DNA of 64,000 nucleotides from an uncultured Candidatus Saccharibacteria bacterium (lineage in GTDB: Bacteria > Patescibacteriota > Minisyncoccia > Phycocordibacterales > JACOZG01). The notes beneath the pieces are model-generated. The model was not told the DNA's origin. It did no database searches and saw only the letters and a program-made list of their open reading frames with translations. A program made the translations under genes and the position numbers. The stretch lies in assembly GCA_965230925.1 (NCBI GenBank), contig OZ246403.1, positions 138,455-202,454 on the forward strand, written 5' to 3'. Numbering within the stretch: the first letter of the stretch is position 1; each line of letters starts with the position of its first letter. This document shows, in pieces, positions 55,462 through 64,000 of this stretch.

Positions 55462-56193
55462 CTAATTATATTTGGGCACGCCGGGATTAATTGTTTCCAT
55501 CTTTATATCATGAAAGTGCGCTTCTTGCCGCACATCGAGGAGACCGCGGCGCACGAGCTCCAGCATCCCGAGGAAGCTCACAATCACATTCACCTTCTCT
55601 TTTTTATCCTTCACAAATTCGCGGAAGCTAAGGTTAAGCGCGCGCTCGGCACGCGAGGCGAGATCGGTAATCACTTCTTCGAGACTAATCACTTTCTTAA
55701 TCACCACCTGCGCGAGCTTCTCGGGCACGGGCAAAGCTTGGAGCAAACTTTTAATCGCTTGCGCCAAGTTACTCAAAATAATTTCTGGCGTCACCGTAAA
55801 GACAGGTTCAACATTTCTCGCTTCCTGCTTGAAAAAAATAGGTTGCGCGCCCCAGGCCTCCTTCAACCTCGGCACAGCATCACGAATCGCCTGATACATC
55901 TTGAGCCGTCGCTCGAGTTCCTCCACACTCGCCTTCTCTTCTTCACTCAATTGCAGCGTGGGCAAAAGCGTGACTGACTTAATGAGCATCAACGTTGCGG
56001 CCACGAGAATAAAATCCGCAATCGCCGACATGTTGGCCGTAGACTCAAACCGCTTCAAATATTCCACATAATCATCCGTCACCTTGGCGAGCGCCACTTC
56101 GCTCACATGCAACTTCTTCCGCTCAATCAAATCAAGAATGAGCTCGAGCGGCCCCTCATATTCCCCCACCTTCACACTAAAATCATTAGTCAT
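55462..56193 (-). CDS. scpA: Segregation/condensation protein ScpA
   Basis: YEGPLELIL.LI, FL..LEL.R.G.....Q...F.DI. Confidence 0.93.
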   Translation of the reverse strand: MTNDFSVKVGEYEGPLELILDLIERKKLHVSEVALAKVTDDYVEYLKRFESTANMSAIADFILVAATLMLIKSVTLLPTLQLSEEEKASVEELERRLKMYQAIRDAVPRLKEAWGAQPIFFKQEARNVEPVFTVTPEIILSNLAQAIKSLLQALPVPEKLAQVVIKKVISLEEVITDLASRAERALNLSFREFVKDKKEKVNVIVSFLGMLELVRRGLLDVRQEAHFHDIKMETINPGVPKYN

Positions 56194-56269
56194 TTTTACC
56201 CCAGAACTATAACTTTTTTTCACCACCTATTCGAGGGTTGACAAAAAAATTTGATGTGATAGTTTAAAA

Positions 56270-56402
56270 GGAGCTCGAATTGAGTCCTCGACACCTCGTT
56301 TCCGAGCGGCTAAGTGAGATTAGTGCCTCGTTTTCCCTTTGAGGTGTCCAGTGATTCTGACCCCCGTGTGCTGTGAACCAGCCGCGGGGTGTTTTATTTT
56401 TT
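56270..56402 (+). ncRNA. Candidate ~130-nt small RNA
   Basis: TTGACA(56238)-N16-TAGTTT(56260); hairpin 56270-87; long stem gacacctcg/tgaggtgtc with apical cgag/ctcg and gctaa/ttagt; terminator 56360-56402; no ORF. Confidence 0.5.
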
Positions 56403-57785
56403 GATGTTTAAACCCAACTCTTTAAGTTGCTTGTCTTCAATCTCGCTCGGCGCGTCCATCATGAGGTCGCGGCCTTCGCCGGTTTTGGGGAAGGCAATTA
56501 CTTCGCGGATATTCGGTTCACCGAGGAGCAAGGTCACAAGGCGATCTAAGCCCCATGCAATGCCCCCATGCGGCGGGCAACCCGAACCGAGCGCTGCGAG
56601 CATATGACCAAAGTTGCGCTCGATCCGATCATTTTCATATCCCAAAATTTCAAACACTTTCCGCAAAGCTTCCGGTGCGTGATTGCGAATACTGCCACCA
56701 CCAATTTCAAAGCCATTGAGCGCCACGTCGTATTGGCTCGTGAGAATCTCACCAATTTTTTCTTTATTCACCAGCCAGTCTTTATGCTCCGGCTGCGGCG
56801 CGGAGAATGGATTGTGCGTAAAGGTCCAAGAGCCGTCTTCAGCTTTCTCGAAGAATGGGAAGTCTACAACCCAACAAAAGGCGAGCAAATTTGGATCTTC
56901 TTTATTCTCCCGCAAATCCGGTCTATCCGTCCCATATTTCTCCATCGCCTCTTTGTAAGTGAGCCGCGGGAAAGGCTTCTCCTGAATCTTCTTCTCGGGG
57001 AAGAGTGTCTCCACAATCTTGATCAACAGTTCTTCATTGAGCGCCATCACATCCTCGCGCGTAGGGAAGCTCATCTCGAGGTCAAGCTGAGTAAACTCGG
57101 GCTGGCGATCGCCGCGCGTGTCTTCATCGCGGAAGCAACGCGCAATTTGGAAATATTTCTCTAGACCGGCGGCCATCAGGAGCTGCTTGTATTGCTGGGG
57201 CGATTGCGGCAAGGCATAAAACTTGCCTTGGTAAAGGCGAGACGGTACCACGTAATCGCGCGCGCCTTCGGGCGTACTCTTGGTGAGAATCGGCGTCTCC
57301 ACTTCGGTAAAACTTTTCTCAGACAAGTGATCGCGAATCAACTTCACCACCGCGTGACGACTACGCAAATTGTTTTGTAAACGCGCTCGGCGCAAGTCTA
57401 AGTAACGATATTTTAGCCGTGTCTCCTCGCCCACCTCGCGACCGTCGGTCGAGATATCAAGCGCCGGCGTCTCGGCTTCATTGAGAATTTCAATTTCCAA
57501 AAGTTCAATCTCGATATCGCCGTTCATCGCGCCAGCTTTCACGTTTTTCTCCGGGCGCTTATTGACCTTCCCGCGCACGGCGATCACCCATTCCGGCCGC
57601 ACCTTATCTGCCGTCGCAAGTGCCTCGCTCTTAGGAAGCGCGACCATCTGCACCTTGCCCGTCATGTCGCGCAAATCGAGGAAAATCATTTTCCCTTGAT
57701 CCCGCCGCACATCCACCCACCCCGCGAGCCGCACCTCCTCGCCCACATGAGCGCTTAAGTCTTTAGTATAGATTCTTTCCTTCAT
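56394..57785 (-). CDS. aspS: Aspartyl-tRNA synthetase (short, no GAD insertion)
   Basis: RLKYRYLDLRR, TPEGARDY, LPQSPQ.YKQ, DRQPEFTQLD, PPHGG.A.GLDR. Confidence 0.96.
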   Translation of the reverse strand: MKERIYTKDLSAHVGEEVRLAGWVDVRRDQGKMIFLDLRDMTGKVQMVALPKSEALATADKVRPEWVIAVRGKVNKRPEKNVKAGAMNGDIEIELLEIEILNEAETPALDISTDGREVGEETRLKYRYLDLRRARLQNNLRSRHAVVKLIRDHLSEKSFTEVETPILTKSTPEGARDYVVPSRLYQGKFYALPQSPQQYKQLLMAAGLEKYFQIARCFRDEDTRGDRQPEFTQLDLEMSFPTREDVMALNEELLIKIVETLFPEKKIQEKPFPRLTYKEAMEKYGTDRPDLRENKEDPNLLAFCWVVDFPFFEKAEDGSWTFTHNPFSAPQPEHKDWLVNKEKIGEILTSQYDVALNGFEIGGGSIRNHAPEALRKVFEILGYENDRIERNFGHMLAALGSGCPPHGGIAWGLDRLVTLLLGEPNIREVIAFPKTGEGRDLMMDAPSEIEDKQLKELGLNIKK

Positions 57786-57876
57786 CGCGAGCATGATAGC
57801 AAAAACCCGTTTGAGACACAAAAGAGGGGGAAGCGCGCAGCTTCCCCCGTGGTTTCATCTTCCCGCCCAACTTTCG

Positions 57877-58398
57877 TCAGGCTGCCAACCCCATCGCTCC
57901 CGCCATTATCTCAACCGTCTGGTTAACGGTCAGATAAGTGGTGTTGATAATTAGATCATAGTGATCTGGATCAGCCCAATTACGAATCTTGTAGAACCTC
58001 TTGTACCGCCTGGCGATAGATGCCTCACGGGCCAAGGTTTGCCGTTTTGCCTTCGCAAAAGAGATTTTCTCACGACTCGCAACACGCCAGAATCGCACCT
58101 CGTCGTTGCAAACAAGGAGAATACGAAGGGTGTGTCTGCCGCGCTTCAGTGCTCTCCAAGACAAACGCCCATCAAGCGCTCGTTTACCACGACCCCGGAA
58201 AAATCGTTCCGAACGCTCATCAACTTGTGTGTCGACGCTTGAATCGTTCTCGGTTGATTCTTCAAACTCGGTAAAATCACTGTAACCAGATTCCCGGAAT
58301 ATCTGACGGAAGTAACCCCCGGCAGATTTAACCTGACAACCAAGTTTGGCGAGCTTGTCTAAAGCCGCACTCTTGCCAACCCCGGCACCACCGCTCAC
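57877..58398 (-). CDS. Cytidylate kinase-like P-loop protein (short, archaeal-type Cmk-like); start uncertain
   Basis: SGGAGVGKS, SAG..FR, D..VD, DGRL, RY..FY.I.......YDL.INT; own promoter TTGACA-N17-TAGTTT (58540-58512), SD GAGGAGG, hairpin 57826-57848. Confidence 0.8.
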   Translation of the reverse strand: MSGGAGVGKSAALDKLAKLGCQVKSAGGYFRQIFRESGYSDFTEFEESTENDSSVDTQVDERSERFFRGRGKRALDGRLSWRALKRGRHTLRILLVCNDEVRFWRVASREKISFAKAKRQTLAREASIARRYKRFYKIRNWADPDHYDLIINTTYLTVNQTVEIMAGAMGLAA

Positions 58399-58579
58399 CG
58401 AAATGAGCCTGATTTGGGAACGAGGCTGGTGAGCCTTCGTCTTTGTTTTTATGCGTTTTTTGAAGACGCACCTCCTCTCTCTAAAAACAACGTTCTAGTT
58501 AAACTGGCTCTAAACTAATATGCTGTGGCGGTCTTGTCAAACAGTAACTCGCCTGGTACGCTGGCGGGACTTTATTCTG

Positions 58580-59398
58580 ATGACCAAAATTCTCGATGGA
58601 AAAATGTTGAGTCAAAGCATTGCGGCCAAGTTGCGCCAAGCAATTAAAAAGCGTGGCAAGATCCCCACCCTCGCAATTATTCAAGTGGGCGACGTTCGTG
58701 CCTCCACCGCGTTTATCAATCGCAAGAAAGCGTTCGGCGAGCAGATTGGCGCGCGCGTACTTCATCGCCAATTCCCTGCGCGCGCTACCGAGCGGCAAGT
58801 TCTTGATGTCATTAAGAATTACAATGAAGACCGAACAGTTCACGGCATTATTGTGCAATTGCCTTTGCCATCTCATCTCGATAAAACCCGGATTATCGAG
58901 GCTATCGACCCGCAGAAAGACGTGGACGGTCTCACAAGCGCGAATATGAAGCTCCTCCTCGAAGGCAAGCCGGGCATCGTGCCGGCCACCACGCGCGGCA
59001 TTCTTACCCTTCTTGATCATTATCACCTCCCGCTCGCGGGTAAGCGCGTGGTGATCATTGGTCGTTCAACCTTAGTAGGCAAGCCTACCGCGATCGCTTT
59101 CCTTAATCACCATGCCACGGTCACCCTTTGCCACCGCCAAACGCGCAATCTAGCTCAAATTACCAAAACCGCTGATATTCTCATCGTTGCCGCAGGCCAC
59201 GCCAAGCTCATTACTCCGCGCCATGTTTCGCCGAAGCAAATTATTATTGATGTGGGAATTAATCCTCAAACCAAAGGCGTAATTGGTGACGTGGATCCGC
59301 GGGTAAGAACTCTGGTTCGCGCCATTAGCCCCGTCCCCAGCGGCGTTGGTCCCATGACCATCGCTTCTCTCTTCCAAAACTTAGTCGAGAACTATTGA
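58580..59398 (+). CDS. folD: Methylenetetrahydrofolate dehydrogenase/cyclohydrolase
   Basis: ILDGK, GIIVQLPLP, KDVDG, GRS.LVGKP, PVP.GVGPMT. Confidence 0.96.
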   Translation: MTKILDGKMLSQSIAAKLRQAIKKRGKIPTLAIIQVGDVRASTAFINRKKAFGEQIGARVLHRQFPARATERQVLDVIKNYNEDRTVHGIIVQLPLPSHLDKTRIIEAIDPQKDVDGLTSANMKLLLEGKPGIVPATTRGILTLLDHYHLPLAGKRVVIIGRSTLVGKPTAIAFLNHHATVTLCHRQTRNLAQITKTADILIVAAGHAKLITPRHVSPKQIIIDVGINPQTKGVIGDVDPRVRTLVRAISPVPSGVGPMTIASLFQNLVENY

Positions 59399-61185
59399 TG
59401 CAAACCAATTTGCAGTTCGTAGAGATGGCGATAGACGCCGTCTTTTTTCTTCACCAATTCATCATGCGTTCCCGATTCCACAATTTCCCCTTCTTGGAAG
59501 ACGAGAATCCGATCAGCGCGACGCACCGTGCTCAAGCGGTGAGCGATAATGAAAGTTGTGCGACCAGCCATCAGTTCCGCGAGCGATTCGGTAATTAATT
59601 TTTCTGATTCAGCATCAAGAGCCGACGTCGGCTCATCGAGAATCAAGATTTTTGGATCGCGTAAAATGGCCCTCGCAATTGCCACGCGTTGTTTCTGACC
59701 TACCGAGAGTTTAATCCCCCGCTCACCCACCAAAGTCCCATAACCTTGGGGCAATTTCTCCACAAATTCGGTTAAGTGCGCCTTCTCGGCCGCCGCTTTA
59801 ATTTGCTCATCGGTAACGGCGAAGGATCCGTAATGAATATTGGTTTTTAGGCTGTCATTGAAGAGTGCCACTTCTTGCGGCACCACCGCAATCTGCTGAC
59901 GAAGTTCCGTAAGACTCACCTGCGCCGTGTTCTTGCCATCAATCAAAACTTCCCCCGCAGTAGGGAAATAGTAGCCGGAGATGAGTGAGATAAATGTACT
60001 CTTGCCTACACCCGATTTGCCGACCAAGGCAATCACCTCGCCTGGCTTCACTTCCAAATTAATGTTCTTCAACACCGGCGGCTGATCTGCACCGTAACCG
60101 AAAGAAGCATTCTTGAACGCAATAGCCCCAGAAATTTTCCCCAGCGCCACCGCATTTTCCGGCTCGTATTTCTCTTCCGGCTCTTGGAAAATCTCTTCAG
60201 CATGAGCCGCAGCAATCACTCCGTTTTGCATGACTTGCCAGCTATAACCCAAGGAAACAAACGGACCAAAGAACATGGCCGCATAGCTATTAAGAGCCAC
60301 CAATTCACCAATAGAAATTGACCCAGACGCCACAAACTTAACGGAAAAAATAAAAATAGTGAGCTGGGTTAAGAAAACGATAAACCGCTGAAAGAATCCA
60401 ACATTACTCCAAATATGATCGAGCTTTGACCAGATTGATCTCGTTCTTCGAAGAAGCGCATCATCAACTTTTTTCATTTCGTATTCCTCCGTGGCCGCCT
60501 GTTTAACACTCTCAATTTGGTGAACAGCCGCGGCTGCCTCGTCCCACCCTTCATTCCACGATCGATGAGACTCCGAATCAACCCTGGCAACGGAACGCAA
60601 AATCTTGAAGAGCAAGAGAAGATACAAAATCACACCAACCACCAAAACGGCCGACAAAAAAGCGTTGATGCTAGCAGCAAGCACTAAACCCACCACCACA
60701 CTGAGAAGTTGTGGAACAATATTAACTAGATTTCTGAGAATTGCCGCCACTCGCCAACCGGCCTGGCTAATTTTCTGCAAAGCACCGTTCACATGAACAT
60801 TCTTGTGGTAAGACAAAGGCAGACGGAAAAGATGAGAAAAGGCGTTCACCTGAATGCCGATGTGAGATTCAAGATCAATTTTACGCTTGCGGCGATCCAT
60901 GAACCAGTCATTCAAGGTTGTGATGATTTGAACTATGGCCCAAAAACCCAAAATGACTTGCCACAAGGGAATAGATCGCCACACATTTAGTTCTCCTTGA
61001 GAAATCTGGATCAAAATATCAAAAAATCTCCCGGTAATGTATGGCACGGAACCGTTGACGATAGCTGAAACGACGCCCAACACAGACAAAATCACCACTT
61101 GTGATTTAAATGGTTGAAGGTGGCGCCATACGGCGCGGATTCCGGCCCGGATCTCGCCGGGTTTTATTTCATAATCTTGAGTCAT
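59392..61185 (-). CDS. ABC exporter, fused permease/ATPase (MsbA-like)
   Basis: TM domain, GKSGVGKST, LSVGQKQR, ILDEPTSALD, AHRLST. Confidence 0.93.
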   Translation of the reverse strand: MTQDYEIKPGEIRAGIRAVWRHLQPFKSQVVILSVLGVVSAIVNGSVPYITGRFFDILIQISQGELNVWRSIPLWQVILGFWAIVQIITTLNDWFMDRRKRKIDLESHIGIQVNAFSHLFRLPLSYHKNVHVNGALQKISQAGWRVAAILRNLVNIVPQLLSVVVGLVLAASINAFLSAVLVVGVILYLLLLFKILRSVARVDSESHRSWNEGWDEAAAAVHQIESVKQAATEEYEMKKVDDALLRRTRSIWSKLDHIWSNVGFFQRFIVFLTQLTIFIFSVKFVASGSISIGELVALNSYAAMFFGPFVSLGYSWQVMQNGVIAAAHAEEIFQEPEEKYEPENAVALGKISGAIAFKNASFGYGADQPPVLKNINLEVKPGEVIALVGKSGVGKSTFISLISGYYFPTAGEVLIDGKNTAQVSLTELRQQIAVVPQEVALFNDSLKTNIHYGSFAVTDEQIKAAAEKAHLTEFVEKLPQGYGTLVGERGIKLSVGQKQRVAIARAILRDPKILILDEPTSALDAESEKLITESLAELMAGRTTFIIAHRLSTVRRADRILVFQEGEIVESGTHDELVKKKDGVYRHLYELQIGLHQ

Positions 61186-61188
61186 AAT

Positions 61189-62163
61189 TTAATCTAGACC
61201 AACCAACTTCCGAACTTCTTGCATCTTCGCTCCCGCCACGGCTCGTGCTTTCTCGGCACCAGCGGCCAAAATTTCTTTCACTCTCTCGGGATTCTTCACA
61301 ATCTCCTTTCGCTTCTCGCGGAGTGGTGCCAAGTAAGCATTCATATTGTTGAACAAGATTTCTTTCGACTCCGCGTAACCAATTCCGCCTTCTTTGTACC
61401 GCCGCGTCAGCTCAGGCAAATCTTTCTCACTGAAAAGTTTATGGAAGGCAAAGACATTGCACGTTTCCGGATCCTTCACTTCCTCCACACCTTTCGAGTC
61501 CGTTTTGATACTCATGACCAATTTCTTCATTTCTTCAGGCTCAGAGAAAAGCGGGATGGTATTACCATAACTCTTACTCATCTTCTCACCGTCGAGACCC
61601 ATCACCGTTTTTACATTCTCCTCAATTAGGGGGGCAGGGAGTTTGAACGCTTCGCCATACACGCGATTAAATTTCTCCGCAATATCGCGCGTAATCTCGA
61701 GGTGTTGCTTCTGATCTTGACCCACCGGCACCACGTCGGGACTGTAGAGCAAGATATCGGTCGCCATCAGCACCGGGTAATCGAAGAGACCCATATTCAC
61801 TTCCTTATTCCGTGCCTCAGCGTCCTTGAAGGCGTGAGCCCGAGAAAGATAAGGCACCGTCACGAGACAATTGAAAATCCAAGCAAGCTCAGCGTGCGCC
61901 GGCACGGCCGATTGACGGAAGAGAACAACACGTTCAGGGTCGAGGCCAATGGTGAGGTAATCAATCGCGAGATCAAGCGTTGACTGCTGAAGCACCGCGG
62001 CATCACTCACCGTAGTGAGCGCATGGAGATCAGCAAGCATGATGAAAGAACGGTACTCGTTTTGAAGATCGACAAATTGCTTCATCGCGCCAAAATAATT
62101 ACCGATATGCGGCCGACCGGTCGGCTTCACGCCCGACAGTAAAATTTTCTGTTCTTTATTCAT
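61189..62163 (-). CDS. trpS: Tryptophanyl-tRNA synthetase
   Basis: SGVKPTGRPHIGNY, YPVLMA.DIL, VPVG.DQKQH, KMSKS. Confidence 0.97.
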   Translation of the reverse strand: MNKEQKILLSGVKPTGRPHIGNYFGAMKQFVDLQNEYRSFIMLADLHALTTVSDAAVLQQSTLDLAIDYLTIGLDPERVVLFRQSAVPAHAELAWIFNCLVTVPYLSRAHAFKDAEARNKEVNMGLFDYPVLMATDILLYSPDVVPVGQDQKQHLEITRDIAEKFNRVYGEAFKLPAPLIEENVKTVMGLDGEKMSKSYGNTIPLFSEPEEMKKLVMSIKTDSKGVEEVKDPETCNVFAFHKLFSEKDLPELTRRYKEGGIGYAESKEILFNNMNAYLAPLREKRKEIVKNPERVKEILAAGAEKARAVAGAKMQEVRKLVGLD

Positions 62164-62297
62164 TTTTAACTCCCAGATCATATCAAATTACTAAAGACTT
62201 GACAAACAATGTTTAAAAGGTTAATTTACCCATCAGGTTGTACACCCCAGGCTGTCTGGGAGCTCTAAATTCCGGTTTTCAACAAGGGAGTGTTGTG

Positions 62298-62459
62298 GTG
62301 AAGATTTCAGGGAAGCTTATCTTAACGGTAATAGCAACAATCGCCATCGGCCTGCTGACCGCGCAAGGGGTTCGAGAGATTATTTTGGACCAGCTTTACG
62401 AGCACCACTGCTTCGATGATGAAGGGTTCGAAGTGGTCGTGGTGCTAGCGACTAATTAG
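62298..62459 (+). CDS. Small orphan with N-terminal TM/signal helix
   Basis: Promoter TTGACA-N17-TAATTT (62199-62227), SD AAGGGAG before GTG, terminator 62494-62527. Confidence 0.55.
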   Translation: MKISGKLILTVIATIAIGLLTAQGVREIILDQLYEHHCFDDEGFEVVVVLATN

Positions 62460-62639
62460 CGAGCGTCAACCCTCGGGAGGGAATATCCCCGGACCCGGCG
62501 TCACATGAAGTGACGCCGGGCGTTTTGTGTTTGCTGATTATAAACAAATAAGCTAGACTAAATCGGCTAGTGGGTCTTTGAAAGACATTCGCCTGTAGGC
62601 AATGCAAGAGATCCGCGCTTATCAATTGGGAGGAACTTA

Positions 62640-63293
62640 ATGTTTCCTAAACTGTTTAGTGTTCTCCTGGTCTCGATCACCAGCTTAGCAAGTCTAAGCG
62701 GGAAGGAAGCGGTCGAGAAAAACGAAAGGACCACACCTCAAAAACTTGGAGGCATCGAACTACCCTTCGTCGGCGAAGGTTCCCTCGGTATGGTTGAGAA
62801 CGAGGATGGATCACGCGAGTGGATCATCGGAGTAAAAGTCAGCGAAGCAGAAAAGGCGGAGCTGGCTTGGTTCTTTGATCCTGGCGAAGGAACTCTCGAC
62901 GGCAACGGGCTCCCCAAGGAAGAGTTCGTTTTCGCGGGAGGGTTAGATATCGCCGTTGATGAAGATGGGACACTAACCATCGGCATACTCAACGAGGAAA
63001 CGAACGCCTTCCACGAACTCCGAACCAGTTTCTGGTCAGACACTGGTGACGGAGGATACCGAGTGACCGACAACGAGCAAGGTCAGGTGTTAGTAACAAC
63101 ACCAAGTGGCCCAATCGAAAACAATTCGGAGCTCTTCGCCGACAGTGGCGAGAGTTGTGCGGGTGGCAGCTGTTCATGCGAAGGAAAATGCAAGGCGTGT
63201 TGCCCGTCTGGCACAACGGCATATTGCAATTGTTCCGGGTCCGGCACATGCAGGTGCCCCGCGAATAAGGAGATCAACACCCCCTCACAGTAG
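62640..63293 (+). CDS. Secreted acidic protein with 10-Cys C-terminal domain
   Basis: Signal peptide; CAGGSCSCEGKCKACCPSGTTAYCNCSGSGTCRC; promoter TTGCTG-N17-TAGACT (62531-62559), SD GGGAGG, terminator 63321-63357. Confidence 0.75.
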   Translation: MFPKLFSVLLVSITSLASLSGKEAVEKNERTTPQKLGGIELPFVGEGSLGMVENEDGSREWIIGVKVSEAEKAELAWFFDPGEGTLDGNGLPKEEFVFAGGLDIAVDEDGTLTIGILNEETNAFHELRTSFWSDTGDGGYRVTDNEQGQVLVTTPSGPIENNSELFADSGESCAGGSCSCEGKCKACCPSGTTAYCNCSGSGTCRCPANKEINTPSQ

Positions 63294-63355
63294 TTAAGGA
63301 GGTGATCGAGTATCTAGGTTGGCCCCCGCGCTTTTTGCGCCGGGGGTCATCTTTT

Positions 63356-64000
63356 TTATCCCAACTCAACAATAAATGTGCTCCCCTTGCCCTGCCCTTC
63401 TGATTCGGCCCAGATTTTGCCGCCATGCGCCTCCACAATTTGCTTGGCCACATAGAGCCCGAGGCCAGTGCCAATAATATTTGTCTTACCTGCATCGTGA
63501 GCACGAGAGAATTTTTCAAAAAGTTTTGGCATCGTCTCTGGCGCAATGCCAATACCCGTATCTGTGACCAATAATCTATTTTTCCCTCCTAATTTTTCTA
63601 ATCTCACCTTAATAGAGCCCGCGTGGGTATACTTCATCGCATTATCAATTAAATTAGAGACCACCTGACTAATCTTGCCCGAATCAGCCTTAACCTTAAA
63701 TTCCTCTGGCGCCGCTTCAAAACTAATCTTCAGCTTATTGCGCTCCACCGTTGGTTTAACGTCCCTCACAATCGCCTCCGTGAGCGCCTTAAAGTCGATC
63801 TCTGCCATCTCATACTTCATCGTCCCCAGCTCAATGCGTGTAATGTTAAGAAAGTCCTCAATCACCACCACCAGCTTCTGACTCGACTGGAAGATCCTCC
63901 CCACCGCCTCCGCCGCCTTCTCCGAGAGCGGACCAAATGACCCCTCAAGAAGCATTGACGCATACCCCTTCACCGAAGTCAGTGGACTCCTTAGCTGGTG
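63356..64000 (-). CDS. Sensor histidine kinase, C-terminal part (5' end outside the window)
   Basis: HQLRSPLT H-box at the window edge, NLIDNAMKYT, DTGIG, GTGLGL, GKGSTF. Confidence 0.93.
   Translation of the reverse strand, partial: HQLRSPLTSVKGYASMLLEGSFGPLSEKAAEAVGRIFQSSQKLVVVIEDFLNITRIELGTMKYEMAEIDFKALTEAIVRDVKPTVERNKLKISFEAAPEEFKVKADSGKISQVVSNLIDNAMKYTHAGSIKVRLEKLGGKNRLLVTDTGIGIAPETMPKLFEKFSRAHDAGKTNIIGTGLGLYVAKQIVEAHGGKIWAESEGQGKGSTFIVELG

Noticed and set aside
1-64000. CRISPR array, integrase, transposase or prophage
   Set aside because: No regularly spaced repeat-spacer series and no ORF with recombinase, DDE, HUH or phage structural motifs.
1-64000. Genetic code 25 (TGA=Gly) as in Gracilibacteria/Absconditabacteria
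   Set aside because: TGA ends core genes at expected positions (ppi 637, proS 17638, recR 38583) and core ORFs are uninterrupted.

Overview
A 64-kb chromosomal segment of a small-genome bacterium. Its gene content and compact, domain-reduced proteins best fit Patescibacteria/CPR (Parcubacteria-like); this is inference. Genetic code 11 applies, since TGA terminates core genes. The backbone is housekeeping: translation (fmt, def, frr, proS, lysS, cysS, gltX, aspS, trpS, rplU, rplI, rpmA, tRNA-Glu(CTC)), cell wall and division (murA, two mreB, mreC, mrdA, mraZ-rsmH-ftsL-ftsI-murF, murG, ftsW, mraY), replication and repair (priA, holB-like, dnaB, recR, rmuC, scpAB) and a surface-protein cluster. 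Four hidden layers stand out. (1) About 14 stand-alone accessory genes and 3 ORF-less structured transcription units are wedged between core genes. Most carry their own sigma70-like promoter and terminator hairpin, and the genes have a strong Shine-Dalgarno, whereas many core genes look leaderless. (2) A perfect 22-bp direct repeat brackets one such cassette. (3) Short REP-like palindromes are inserted inside the reading frames of murA, holB-like and gdhA. (4) A GYxLTGNxSGxCxECG zinc-finger motif occurs twice, once in an intact cassette and once as an unannotated chimeric remnant. No integrase, transposase or CRISPR array was seen.
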